A program made the translations under genes and the position numbers. A stretch of 64,000 nucleotides of DNA. Origin: Psammoneis japonica. Lineage: Eukaryota. The stretch is taken from NCBI GenBank assembly GCA_008632985.1, contig QPGO01000084.1, forward strand, positions 62,001 through 126,000, read 5' to 3'. Positions 24,301 through 37,551 of the stretch are shown piece after piece; positions within the stretch are counted from its first letter, which is position 1; each line of letters starts with the position of its first letter. The notes under the pieces are model-generated. The model was not told where the DNA came from. It did not search any database and saw only the letters and a list, made by a program, of their open reading frames with translations.

Positions 24301-26100
24301 AACCGTGAGCACGCAAAAAGATTCAGCATCTCTTGTGGCAGACAATGTCATTGCAAGGATTTCAGTGATCCTTTGTTTCAAAAAACCTTGTTTTTGCTGT
24401 TGATTTCCTTCCATCATGGAACAACAGAATTCACAAAAAAGAGCTTTGGCAGCTGGTGGGTTTTCATGGAGCTTTGCCCCCTGTCAATTTGCGTGCTGTT
24501 TGCTTGGTTCATGCCACAGAAAATGATGATTTTGTGAATGCAGCGGGTCTCTTCTTGATTGTGTTGTCATGAAAGGAAAAATGTGAGAAGAAATTGAGCC
24601 ACTTGGAATTGAGTGCACTTGTTTGACCAAAAAAACAATGAACTGTTAACATGGGCATGGAAAATTTTCCGTTCAGAGACAAAACACAGACATTTCAAGC
24701 GTTCCATCTGAGTTGGATGCTCATCAGGGAAAAGGTTTGGCTTGTCATGAGGGGAAATGCTGAAAAGAAAAAAAGCCCAAAAGCAATGGTTCTGGTTTTG
24801 TGCATTGTAAAAAATGGCATGTCAATCCACACTCTGATGGAGAACAAGCACTGTGTTCCCACAGGATCCGTCTTGGTGGAACTGACGGACGAGCATCTTT
24901 CAAAATTTGCTTCCAGTTCATTGAGTTGTTGTGTCTCCCATTGCATTTGTGCATCCATTTGCAGATGCCACTTTCAAGCCTTTGTTGGCATTGACAAACG
25001 CACTCTCAACAAAATGTGTGAAAGCAAGAAACCACAGACAAAGAGGAAACAGACTTGTTTTTGAATCTTCATTGTCTGAGACGTCAAAAACCAATGGCTC
25101 CTGTTTTCATGGGAAAAAAGAAGACAGTTTGAATTGAAAATGTTAAAATCAAGAAGAGTGTGATGGCATCAACAGGTGCAAGGGCAAAGAACTGCAGTGC
25201 TTGGAACATGATTCTTGTTGCCATTGTTTTGGATGTGAAGAGGAGCATCTCCGCACAACTCCCGGCATTTTGATTTCTTCGTGGGTTGAGGATCCACTGT
25301 CTCTGGAGCCTGTCCTCACCTGTGAACTTGGTTGTGCATTGCTTGATTGTTGTGACAAGGGACATGGGCCACATTGGAGATCAACTTGCTTCAGATTTAA
25401 TGGCTGTCACAACAGACGACACACCAATTGTCAAATTTGACCCTCCCTCTTCAAGACACAATTGCAAACCATCTTCGCAGACGATGATGACCAGGCAAGC
25501 ATCTGGCGGCACACCTGGAGTGGTGTTGTCAAGCCTCTGCCTTCTGCAGCTTTGTGCATCTCAGATTGACTCAACATCAACTGGGGTGCTCTTGGGTCTT
25601 GGGTCTTGGGTTTGAATGCACACACTTCTTTGTCTCTCTCTGACATGTCAACGCCTTGTCAGTTGTGTCTTTGTGATGCTTGTTCAGCTGCTCGGCACCA
25701 AACGCCATTCACAGTCAACAACACAGTGGTTGTCCACTGATGCACAATGTTTAGATGTGCTTTGCAGCATCATTTGCAAGCACATCGAAACCTTGGATCG
25801 CTGTCAAATCAAAATCCAAATGGGCTGCTCTTGAAGAATTGTGTTGAGTGCACTGTGGTCTTGAACAACAACAGCGGATGACAGACATCTTGACATTTTT
25901 CGTTTCTTTGTACATTGCATGTTGTTGTCACTCATCATCATGGTGATTTTTGTGTTGGGGTGGATGGGAGTTTCGCACATTTTTGAGTGAGCTTTCAGCA
26001 GTGCAGGGGGAAGGACAGATGCAGCCATTTCCGACCACACGCAGCCTTGAACGGACCGAAGTGCCAATGGCATTAACCACCAAAGGGGGCAAGAAACCCC
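21350..26100. other. Large decayed TpA- and CpG-depleted tract, probably a transposon relic, with internal degenerate repeats at 22300-22860
   Basis: About 11 TA in 21600-25920 by eye; CG also scarce; repeated AAGACC..CA.TGCCCTCAG and G-run-CAACTCAA motifs. Confidence 0.55.
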
Positions 26101-27959
26101 AGTAAAGCGCTGACACCTCCAGCCACCGCCTCCCAACTATGGCAGGACGCAACCCCCAGAGTTTGGTGGCGAACAGCCGTTGGCGATGAAAATGTGAGCT
26201 CGTGTCGCCAACCGTTGAAAAGGCGTTAAGTAGATAAATATAGTATCAAAATCTTTATAATAAATTATAAAATTCATCCGTTAGAACGATATGAGTCGAC
26301 TGAATCAAAGATCGGCCTGTGCTCACATGCAGCACGCAGCACACAGCACACCGCACACCATGATAAAATTGGAACAAACGCAAACGCAACACCATGAGCT
26401 ACATAAGCAAAACGCCGCCGCCGCCAACCGTGACGCCTTCTTTGGAGGATCAAGTGGCAAGAAAAAGAATTTTTGTGGTGGCCAGAAAGCAGAAACTGAC
26501 AAGAATAGAAAATCAAAGGTTGCGCAGCAAGAAGGAGAGTCCGGCAAAGTCAAGATTTACAGCAATCACGCCGAGAAAGGACGTGCGTTATTGAATCCCT
26601 CGATACTCCATGGTTGGGCTCTTTTAAAAAAGGAAAAGAACAGGGAATTCGGGTTTATTGATTTAGTAGTAGTAGTAGCAGCAGCAGATGGCAAGCAGTT
26701 CCAGTCAATTCAACGTCTGAGGGGACAATAGGCAATCAACTTGAGGTGACGGTTCGGAATATGAAATCGAAAAGTCGCGATAGAAGCATTCGTGTGAGGC
26801 TGACCTTTTTGTTGGAGCTCTGCAGTTAGAATCCCAGAAGTGTGCATCCTGTTGGAGCTCCTCCGTCTGTTCTCAGTGAAACGATGGACGTCGCCAGACA
26901 TTGGGTTGAGAATAAAGGTCAGTGGGGAAATACGATTTTCGACGAGGGAGTTCGTCTTGTCTATTTCTCACAGCAATTCCCACTTGACTATCCTGTAGGT
27001 GCTGCAATTTCCACCCAAATTTCCTATGCCACGCTCAGCCGTATCTGTCGTTCAAGCCGAGGGCCTGCGTACGTTTGCAATTCGCTCCATCAATACGGGC
27101 CTCACGAATCGAATTAGCTTTAGTGTAAAGACCGTCAAGGACCCCCACATGGTTTGATCCATCGATGTTTGGCAATTCAATAGTGAACGAGAAACAAACG
27201 CGTGGTTCCAAAAGGCGTTTCCGCGACTGAACATTGATGAATTGAGAGACGAAAAGAAATGGGGTCGGTTTGAAGCAGCAGAGGGTATCGCTTTTTCACC
27301 TTGTCTCGGTACACGCATTTCCACCAGATATTAGTCAGGTTCAACGTGGGACCGTCGGATGACGTATGACGTAGCTCTGGATCGGGCTCTGTGCGGGGAA
27401 AACATAATCACAGGGGAAGCTCCGAAAGCGATCATGCTGTTCCCAACTCTAGAGGAGCAGTGTTGAAAGATTACGGGCGCGTGCGGCTGCCTGAGGTACG
27501 TTTCCCAGTAAATTTAGTGACTTTTATCCAGGATTGATAGCTTCTCACACGTGTCTACTATTTGTTAGGTCAAAGCATAGATCCGAGTCGCTCGATTCGG
27601 CGCACCCTCTTAGAACAACCAATCTCTTCGCAAGGATCGAGTCGGCCGATTTCTGTTGACCCTCAATGTGATCCCGCGTGCTTTGATGGACATCAAAATA
27701 GTTTTTAGTCAATTTTCTACCCTGGAAACAAGGCAAAAACGGGCGAAGAAATATCCTCAAGGACTCGAACAACAAGAGCATACAGGGGACGACGTGAAAC
27801 GTTAAAAGTGAGCCGGATCTTTGCCACTCCAAGCCATACACGATGTCAAGGAATGCTCGAATACAGAAATAGAGAGGCAAGCCGGCTATTGGCAAGTTGG
27901 CCTCCTCGACAGCGGTACCCTTTCTCTCTTACCGACATTCTCGACTCGACTCCAACGGT

Positions 27960-29830
27960 GACAGTCATTAAATCGGCCCGTGTCATGAAGAAGGCGGTGG
28001 CGTACTTGCTCCCGTTCATGGAAAAAGAGAAGAGGGAGAACATGATTGCCCATGGGTTGAATCCAGATGATTTCGACGAGAATGATGATTCTAATTTTGC
28101 AGGTAAGAATTCGGCAGTGGCGAAAAAGTTTCTCTTGTGGGCATGGTAAGCTCGCCTTTGCTAACACTTTCCTTCGTGCACTAGGTAAGGTTCTGAGGTG
28201 ACGTCCATGATATCGGATAGAAAATCGTATCAGTTGTATTTGGTTGCAACAATTTCAAGGTTTACGACATTGGAGTTATGGTGTCATGCGAAACGATTCT
28301 AGAAAAGGCCAAGAGTACAATGATGAGGTAATTGGTCTGACTGGTCTCATCATGCCTTCCTTAGATGAGATGGTTGTTGTTGCTAAGAAAATGTCCAAAG
28401 GCGGGTTCAAGCAGCCTTTGTTGATTGGAGGTGCGACGACGTCCAAGATGCACACTGCTGTAAAGATCTCACCGAACTATTTCACTCTAGAACACCCTGC
28501 CATTCATGTCCTGGTCGCATCTCGATTTGTCACGGTTTTATCATCTCTTCTTAGCGACAGTAAGGAGGAGTTCTTAGAAGATATTATGGAGGAATGTGAC
28601 GAGGTGAGTTCACCCAAAAAGTGAAATCACGCCCCGAACAACATTGTCCTTGTTCGATTGCTGACGCCTCTTGACTTATGTTATACCCGTTTTAAGATGC
28701 GCGAGGAATACTATGCCGGTGTAGAGAACCGGTATTTTTTTCTCACATTTGAACAGGCCCAGGAGCAGAAATTCACAATTGACTTTGACTCATCGCCAGT
28801 TGCGCCTGCGCCTCCGCAAGATGGGAATTACTGTGATCGATACTGTCACGCTGGAAGATGTGGTACCATATGGATTGGGTAAGTATAGACACACGCGATC
28901 ATTCTTGCTATTATAATAATCCAGCATTCTTACAGCTCGGATCGTTTGTTCTCTACGATCAGAATCCTTTTTTCCGACTTGGGAGCTGCGTGCGGCCGGT
29001 ACACAAATCGTGGATATCCCAAGATTTCCAACGACGAGGCAGTCGGCGCTAAAGCCAAAAAACTGTTTGATGACGCCTAAGCCATAATAATAAAAATAGT
29101 TAGAGACGGTAGCGTGAATCTCAAGGGTGTCGTTGGCTTGTTCCCAGCCAATCGTAGCGTAGACGGATAGGATTTTATTGTGTACGCTTCCGAAGAAGAC
29201 CGAAACTCCAACAAGCTTATGAATAGCTTCTGCATGCTTCGCCGAGAACGAATCAGAGGACCCGGCCGTATTTTAGTCAAGCTGACTCCATCGCACCCAA
29301 AAGATACAATGATCACTTGGGTATGTTTGCCGTGTCTTGCTTTGGTTGTGAAGAACTAGCTAGTTGCAATGTACGAAGCCGAAAACGACGATTATTCCAA
29401 AATCATGTGCCAAGCGCTGACTGATCGTTTTGTCGAAGCTTTTGCGGAAAACTTGCACCTACAGATGCGTGTCGATTTGTGGGGGTATGCCAATTTCGAA
29501 CAGATCAACGAGGCGGACTTGTTCAAAATCAAATACGACAGGATTCGTCCTGCTCCAGGATACCCTTCCCAACCGGATCATACGGAGAAGACAACAATGG
29601 GGAACACGATTAAGGCCAAGGAGTTGGCGGTTATTGAATTGAGTGCATCTCTCAGTATGATGCCAGCAAGGTATGTATCGGCCTTAGTATTTGCCCACCC
29701 AGAATCTCAATACTTTGCGGTAGGACAGGTTTTGGCAATGATCAAGTCGAAAGCTACTCAAAGAGGAAGGCACTTGAGCGCGGCGTTGCCGAAAGATGGC
29801 TGTCTCCAATATTGAATTAATAACGTGATT
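27960..29830 (+). pseudogene. metH: Cobalamin-dependent methionine synthase, 3' half only (cap, B12-binding and reactivation domains)
   Basis: VIKSARVMKKAVAYLLPF, GDVHDIG* (premature stop), [34 protein letters not shown]. Several stops and frameshifts; apparent introns retained near 28103, 28604 and 28879. Confidence 0.9.
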
Positions 29831-30050
29831 GATTGTAGCTACAGTAGACTATGCAGAAAATAGACAATATGAACACATTCTTTGAGCTCTTCATCTATTT
29901 GATACTGTCCATCATGCTCGACTCAAGGAAACGCCAGAATACATTTTCTAAAAATGTAAACTATGCGAATATTGTGTTCGTGAATCGGATAAAGCGTGAA
30001 AGTATAGCAGCTACCAATTTAGCATTCATCTTCGGGAGCCAGAATAGTCT

Positions 30051-30935
30051 TCAAAGAACAATGGGAATACTCGCAGACTCTCCTTCGTGCAATTTGCAAT
30101 AGAGATTGGTTCCCTCAATGTATTCCTCTTGATTGATGTCTTCGGTATCGCCATCGTCATATTCAACGTGATACATGGGCGATCCGGTAGCTTCGTTCTT
30201 CGTCATGTATTTGACGACACCATCATAAGAAACTTTTTTGAAGTACTTGGAAAATGGGACATTCGCCATGGGTTTCTCATCCGTGTCTTTGGCTGGCATC
30301 TTGCCACCGCCATTCTCGGAACCGTCAGGAGTAGAGAGTAAAGTCTCCGTCTTCGCCGAGTCGGGTTTCTGATTCGGGTCTTTGGCTGGCATCTTGCCAC
30401 CGCCATTCTCGGAAACGTCAGGAGCAGAGAGTAAAGTCTCCGTCTTCACCGAGTCGGGCTTCTGAATCGGGTTTTTGGCTAGCATCTTGCCACCGCCATT
30501 CTCGGAACCGTCAGGAGTAGAGAGTAAAGCCTCCGTCTTCGCCGAGTCGGGTTTCTGAATCGGGTTTTTGGCTAGCGTCTTGCCACCGCCATTCTCGGAA
30601 CCGTCAGGAGTAGAGAGTAAAGTCTCCGTCTTCGCCGAGTCGGATTTCTGAATCGGGTTTTTGGCTGGCATCTTGCCACCGGAACCGTCAGGAGTAGACA
30701 GTAAAGTCTCCGTCTTCGCCGAGTCGGGTTTCTGATTCGGGTCTTTGGCTGGAGTCTCGCCACCGCCATTCTCGGGACCGTCAGGACTGGAGAGCAGTCC
30801 ACACTCACTCGGGCTTGGAGGAGGAGAAGGAAAAGTCACCGTCTTCATCGAATCGTGAGTTCCATTCAGCGATGCTTCCGACGACGTGTCCTTCGCACGC
30901 TTTGATGCATCAGGGTTTCGATTTTCACTGCCCAA
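30051..30935 (-). CDS. ORF or exon with about 5.5 copies of a 31-aa repeat and a C-terminal Tudor-like domain
   Basis: PDGSENGGGKMPAKNPIQKPDSAKTETLLST repeats (93 bp, about 30284-30786); YDGVV...YHVEYDDGDTED Tudor-like motif. Start uncertain. Confidence 0.5.
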   Translation of the reverse strand: MGSENRNPDASKRAKDTSSEASLNGTHDSMKTVTFPSPPPSPSECGLLSSPDGPENGGGETPAKDPNQKPDSAKTETLLSTPDGSGGKMPAKNPIQKSDSAKTETLLSTPDGSENGGGKTLAKNPIQKPDSAKTEALLSTPDGSENGGGKMLAKNPIQKPDSVKTETLLSAPDVSENGGGKMPAKDPNQKPDSAKTETLLSTPDGSENGGGKMPAKDTDEKPMANVPFSKYFKKVSYDGVVKYMTKNEATGSPMYHVEYDDGDTEDINQEEYIEGTNLYCKLHEGESASIPIVL

Positions 30936-31319
30936 CGCAGGACCTTTCTTGGCTTCAGAGAGGCCCTGTCTGATATAGCTGCCTCCATCCGGTCTATGTA
31001 GTGGAGAGAGGTGAAAAAAAAAGCAATGAACGAGTTAGGAAGATGATGCGGAAAGAAAAGGAGTGGAGATTGTTTGACTCACGATGGGATGAACGGACGA
31101 TTTTTCGACATGATCTTCGGATCCGGTCTGCATTGTATAGAGACGAGAATGCAAGCATTGAAAGAATGAGAAACATGATATAAAGAGAAAAGGAGTGGAC
31201 GTGATTTTTGTTGAAAAGTCCGTTACTCACGATGGGATGGATTCACGAATTTCCGTCGAGACCGGCGCCTTGTTGTTTTCTTCGTGTGAAAGCTTCATTA
31301 CAGTGAGATGCAGTCTCTA

Positions 31320-31985
31320 TTGTGCAATGGGGTGTACAAAGATGTCGGAGGTTGGCAGCAATATCAACAGCAACAGAGACAAACAGACTTGTCAAAGTCG
31401 TTCTCTTGAGATTATGGCAAAAGTTCGTTGGTGATTTTGAAAAAGCGACTTGTTTTCGGCTAAATAAATCGACGAGTCTGGGTTGTAGTCGTGTTCTATC
31501 TGCGACCAAATGGCGTTGAATCGTGACTGTCATGACCCAACAAGAGTTCTTGCAAATCACATGGGAAATGTTGTAAGACTGAAGCCTGCGCAATGGAAAG
31601 GAAAATTGTGACCTACTTTTCGAGGAGTCGAGGCGCATTGCGTCAATCAGAGGTCCGCAACATGACTGACTGAGACGACGTGTCGAAATGCTGCGAAGAG
31701 GGAATGACGAGGAAGAGCTCAATCGGTTGGCAGTCGAGTTGATGGGCTTGTCACATGAATCCGGAGTCCCCTGCGCCAGAGTGCATGATTCCTCGAACTT
31801 CGTAAGACGAGTTTACAGTGAGTGGTCCCGACCATGTCCCCACAGCTCACCCCGAAGTCATTGATCTCACGGGAACCGACAACGAAGTTATTGATCTCAC
31901 CGAAGCCGACAACGAGGTTGTTGATCTCACTGAAAGCGATGACCAAGATGATAAAAGAGAACAAGAAGCGACGGAAACCAGATGA
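31320..31985 (+). pseudogene. Degraded gene fragment ending in three tandem SUMO-interacting-motif-like peptides; partly paralogous to 36110-36320 and 43185-43395
   Basis: EVIDLTGTDNEVIDLTEADNEVVDLTESDD at about 31855-31945; upstream frame has stops. Confidence 0.4.
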
Positions 31986-34900
31986 ATGACGTCAGTTCTC
32001 TCCACTGGAGTGTTTGTTGCAATCTATGCCAACTTTCATTGTGGACAGTTTTTGTTGCGTGGAGTGGCGGTTTTACATCCTTTTTGCCATGCGAAGTGGG
32101 CTCTCTTGCGCTCCAATGTTATTGCGCATTCCGTGGCGTCTAGCAACAACCATTGGGACCGGGGTTTTATGCCGGCATTGCAGTCGACCACCCGACTCCA
32201 AAATTGATTGACATGAGTGTTTGTTATTTATCATTCCGTCCGGATCTCTAGGGCTGCTACTAGTTTGAATACCTTGGCCGGGACATAAACATCTCTGTGG
32301 GATCTAGGCTGTTGTAGAGAGATCTGAATAGAAGCCACAGCTGACGTTGGCCATTGTAGATCATCAGCGATGAGGTCGAGAGTTCAAGTTATTGGAATCG
32401 GCGGCCACTGCATCCCCGTCGATCCAACAACGACGGTCTCTGTTGTGATGATTCTATGGACACCGGTGAACACATTAATGGCTTGACGGCTTGCTGCTCG
32501 TTTTGCTTCTCTACTTCTGCATGTGCCGAACACGCGGATAGAGCGAAGAAGTCTAATGACGCATGGACAGACCGTGTTGGAGGGAGTTTCTGAATTTTCG
32601 AAAATTTTTGTACCGGAAGCCTCTGTACCAGGTGGATTGCACTGTACACGCGAAGTGTTTTTATACTCTCTACTCTAGAGTATTCGCCACGATCGCTGAA
32701 CACAGCAACAGAAAACAAGTAAAAACAACAACACGGAGCGTTCCTCTCGCAGCTACGGTGCAATTGGAAATAAACAAACCAAGAAGTTGTCCCTTCTGTG
32801 GAATCGACTGACTGCTGTTGCCGTGACGAGCCTTGAGAATCTGCAATTACGAGCACACCTGCTGGCATTACATGTTGTGTATTGTGGCCCCACTGGGTGT
32901 CACTTTTTGCTCACGACCATTGAAGAAAAGAGTTGAAGCGCAATACTGTAGCTCCTTTAAAAGACCAAGGCGGATCAGCTATTGATCTGGTTCTTGCAAT
33001 AAGAGAAATGCTGATTGCTCCAGCAGCGGTGTGTAGGCCTCCAGATTCATCGTTGGAATTGAACATGTCCCAGTCAGGCATACAGATTTCCCAGATAAAG
33101 AGTGAATTGTATGCACGGTGGGACTAGCCTCTGCATCTATACAAATTCTCGGTTGAATGACGCATGCAGTTTATATAACTAAAGCTGCTGTCCTGAAAGG
33201 CAAACCTTTTTGACACGGAATGCTCTAGAGCAGGCGCATACAGGCTAGCAATGCGACTACGCCGCTAAGCAATGTCGTTTGTTGTCGAAGGGAGCTTCTG
33301 ATACTTTATGGGAAACCACAAGATACTAATACTGATCGTTCCAACTACAATGACAAATTGGTCTTTTCAAGACGACGACTCATGAGAAACGACACCACGG
33401 CAGTCACCAATACGAAACTCAGATACTCAAGGCGACTTGACGAAACAATTGACTGCATACGTACAATCACTCCCGCTTCTACCGTCATCCATGAATGCCC
33501 TGCCCTGCTCGAGGTGGAACACAAAAGCACGAGCACTCTATGGATCTTTCGCAGTTTTATCAAGAACGGAAACCGAATTGAAACGCGCATGTGGTATACC
33601 GTAGTGTTGGACGACGCGACACAACCGGAAAGCCAGAAACTCACAAGTGTTGTTTTTGTCCTTGACGTCCGAAAGCGGGGTGCCGATCAATCCTTACTAC
33701 CGGACGTGTTTGCCGTCTTGACGGGACACGATTTATGATGATTCAACCGCAATACATTGCCACCACGAAGGCCACGTCGTGTCGATTTACACATATCCCA
33801 TGGCGTCTGACTCCATCACTTCAATACAGGGTACAAGACGTGGGGCTCTCAAGGTGCCGTGCATAACAAAAAGCAGTTCCCACCGTCACCGACACGTCAA
33901 GAAGCCACTGGCTGTGGACTTTTACTATATTTTCTTGGAGCTATGGGATGTACCAAAGCAGTTTGTCAAGGGCACGAGTACGGTCTTGAGAGCGGCTTTG
34001 CGACAAGTCGATTCGATGGCCAATGCATCTAACAAGGTGAATTTTCTGACAAACTCCTCGTTATTGCCGATGTTAGAACAATTGCATCATGTAGCCGACA
34101 TGACAACAATGACGAAATATCACGTGGAGCCCGTCGATGATACAAACCGTGGTGCTGAACCAAACACAAGTACTGATACAGATGCAGTTGACTGACCCAA
34201 ACCAATCTTTGGGGGGTTGGTAGTGTCGGGTTTGACGCGATTAGCCCAGCATGTGCTGATGGACGTGAAACGCCTTGGAGCGCGGTGTTGATGTAGCAAC
34301 AAGCATCGTAGCTGAGCGAGCTTCGAAACCCGGTTCGCTTCTTGGATGCTCCAGCCACGTTGGTGCATTCATCCTCGATAGAACAACAGTTCTAGTAGAC
34401 TCTTGACTGCAACTTGACAACAGGCTTGTATCGTTGCTGCCTTTCACAAAATGTACTGTCACGGCGAAAGCAAGGAGTACATAGACGGAACAGATGGGTT
34501 GATATTCCGGCTACTGCATCGACCTGACGTATCCGTTGCCACGTCTTCCTCTTCATCGCCAGTGCGGTGTTGATGTAGCAACAAATTTCGTAGCGGAGCG
34601 AGCTTCGAAACGTGACTAGCTTCTTGGATGCCTATAGAACAATAGTTCTTGCAGATTTGTAGACCCCCGTCTGTAACTTAACATTAGGGCCCTAGGCATG
34701 AATCGATACTGCCTTTCGCAAAATGTACTGCCCAGACAAAAGCAAGATGTAGATAGACGGAACGGATGGGTTGATATTCTGGCTAGTGCTGGATCGTCCT
34801 GACGTACCCCGTTGCCACTGCAACAGCCGCATGAAACTAATGGTAGAATACGGTAGTAGGACGCATGTATTGACGCGGTAGTCTAGCGCTCCTTCCAACA

Positions 34901-35075
34901 CTTTGGAATGCTGTAACATATCCGTCAGAGAACTTTAGCAATTGCAAAAGAGCATTACAATACAAGATACACAAAAATCACATCAATCGTTTCTATAGTT
35001 CTACTTTCTAGATGTAGTGTAGTCTACAATATCTGTTCGTTTCTCTCGCTCGGATCGAGTGGCGAAATCAGAAGA

Positions 35076-35410
35076 GTGGCAACAGACGTAGTCGCCGCAC
35101 AGAAAAAGACATCGTCGTGTTTTTGCAGTCGAGACAATCGACTGCAAATGGAATACTGACTTGAAATATCCAGAGGTGGCAACAGACGTAGTCGCCACAC
35201 AGAAAAAAAGACACCGTCGTGTCGTTGCAGTCGAGACAATCGACTGCAAACGCAATACCGACTTGAAAGACAACGCCGTGTAGTTGCAGTCGAGACTATC
35301 GACTACAAACGCAATACCGACTTGAAATATCCAGAGGTGACAACAGACATAGTCACCGGAGAAATAAGAGCATTGAAAGAATGCATCATCTTGTAGTTGC
35401 AGTCGAGTCG
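35076..35410. repeat. Array of palindromic units (second copy at 42150-42484)
   Basis: TTGCAGTCGA-GACAA-TCGACTGCAA hairpin at about 35123, 35225 and 35284, partial at 35396. Confidence 0.8.
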
Positions 35411-37551
35411 ATCAACCACAAACACAATGCCAACTTGAGAGATCAGCAGGCCCAAGGTGGCGACAGAATGCAGACACCAAAGAACCTAAACAGGGGATTG
35501 GAAGTAGCGGCTGGCTTCTTGTCTCCCTCCGGAGTGACGTCCATGCTCTCTTGTTGATCCCTCGCCTCCCGGCGATTGGGATGTAGGGAGGCTTTGCATT
35601 ATTGGGTGGCACAGCAAAGTTGAAAGTGTTGGAGCATACAGCAGCGGCCGCTTTGTCGTTGGTATCACCAAACCCGGGAGCGTTCACCGCGGCTGGAGCA
35701 GCAGTGGCCGCATTGTCGTTGGCAACAGTAGTGGTGCCAAACATGGTTGAGTCAGTAGGGTCAGCCACGTCCGGGCTCCAACCAACCAAGCGGGTAGGAG
35801 TGGCTGGAGCCGAGCTAGATGGAAACCCGGGAGAATCCGGTGAGGAAGAGCGGAGCGGTTCAATGGACCACGGGTCAGCTTCGCCTATTTGTGGCGCGAA
35901 CTTGCATCCCGCCAGGAGAAAGTCGTCCCAACCTGACAGTTGGAAATAAATCGCAACAAGCCAAAAAAAACGTCTTGTAACTGTAGTCTACATTGTGCAA
36001 GATTCGACCGATGGGAAAAGTTGCGCTGTGGAACGCTCCCTTGCCCTTGATCTGCGTCATGTGAGCGGGCATGGACGGACGAGACTATTTTTGGAGGATT
36101 TGTCGCACAAAGATCTTGGAGGTTGACAGCAATGGCAACAGAGACATTAACACTTGTCAGAGTTGTTCTCTTGAGATTGTGGCAAAAGTTCGTTGGGATT
36201 TTGAAGAAGGGCTGAATTGAAAATACCGGCAACCATCATCATGGGGTTGCAGTCGTGTCCCATCTGCGACCAAATGGAGTTGAATCGTGACTGTCGTAAT
36301 TTGATGCGTGCGCAATTGAAAGAAAGCAGGCCCCCTACGGAAACGGTGCCCTGTCGGTCTTGTATCCTAGCTGTCGTTGTTGTTGCTGCTGTTGTTTCGC
36401 TTTGTGTCGTTGCTCAGAACATGATGGAGTCCTTGGCGACTCCAAGTCATTCACGATGACAGGGAAATGCTCGAATGCAGCAATGGAGAAGCGGGGCCGG
36501 CTGCTGGCAGGTTGGTCTCCGACGACCCTGCTCGAAGGGTGGCAGCTGTCAAAACGTAGACTGTTTGCATGATTTCTTCGAGCGTGAAGACCAAGCATCT
36601 GTAAAAAAGTCCCGCTGAGTTCAAAAGGCTCTCAAACTAGACACCAGAACCAGCTTTTACCTCTCTCGGTTCGGCTGCAGCAAGCAGCCGTCATGTGCCA
36701 TCATTTCAGCACGCGCAGCATCGAAACAGCTGCTCAATCTCATCCACGCATCCTTTGAACGGCCCACTTTCCTTTCAACGCATTGGCGAAAGCGCGTTCC
36801 GTCACTGTCTTTTCCCAATCACTGAGTTCCGATAGAATCTTGTTCTTGTTTGTCGACAGGTCCACACAGCAGGGCAGCACCTTCTCCACCACAGTGGAGC
36901 GATTGCAATCAGATGAAACGCAAACTGCGGAAACGCAGCAGTCACATGAAAATTTGGAGGCCATTGCTTCTGCAATGCATTCGGCCACTTTTGGTTGATC
37001 AAAGTCAGAGTCGACCATTTGATTGTTTTTCCATGGTCAGCTGGCGTCATGCTGTCAATGCCGTCTCCCAATCACGATCGTTTGCTCTTTTTTTGACAAG
37101 ATCGTAATCATTGATAGATTCGTCCAATTCCTTGAGCAGAAGCGCCATGGAAGGCGTTGGTGGCTCCAAGGAGGGCGGAATGACCACATCTTCTTCTTCT
37201 TTCTGCCAACCACCACTGTGCTCGTGCGGCGATCCTCCAAATGCAGCAAAAGGTGATGAATGCGCAAGGGGTTCAGAAATGTTTGTGCCGTCCACAAAGC
37301 CAGCAGAAGGCTGCTGTTCGGAGGGTTGGGGGATGCGCCTGCTTGGAGGAACGGGTCCGGCTTTCACGGGGATTTCAATCTCGGGGTTGTCAATGCAACA
37401 ACCTGTCTTGACAACAATCTTGATTGCGTGTCGACACGAAATGAGTTTTCCTGTAAATTTGTCATTGGCGTCCTGTCAAACGTGGTTTGAAATGCGAAAA
37501 CAACAAGGGCGAGCTCCACATGGGCAATTGCCCACAGAGAAGACATTGGTC

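Noticed and set aside
21334..26152. Many Cys/His-rich ORFs as real genes (also 760-3880, 48300-49800, 56900-58000 and antisense to copia)
   Set aside because: Explained by loss of TAA/TAG and Tyr codons; overlapping in all frames with no domains.
35076..35410. CRISPR array
   Set aside because: The spacers resemble each other and vary widely in length, there are no cas genes, and the context is eukaryotic.
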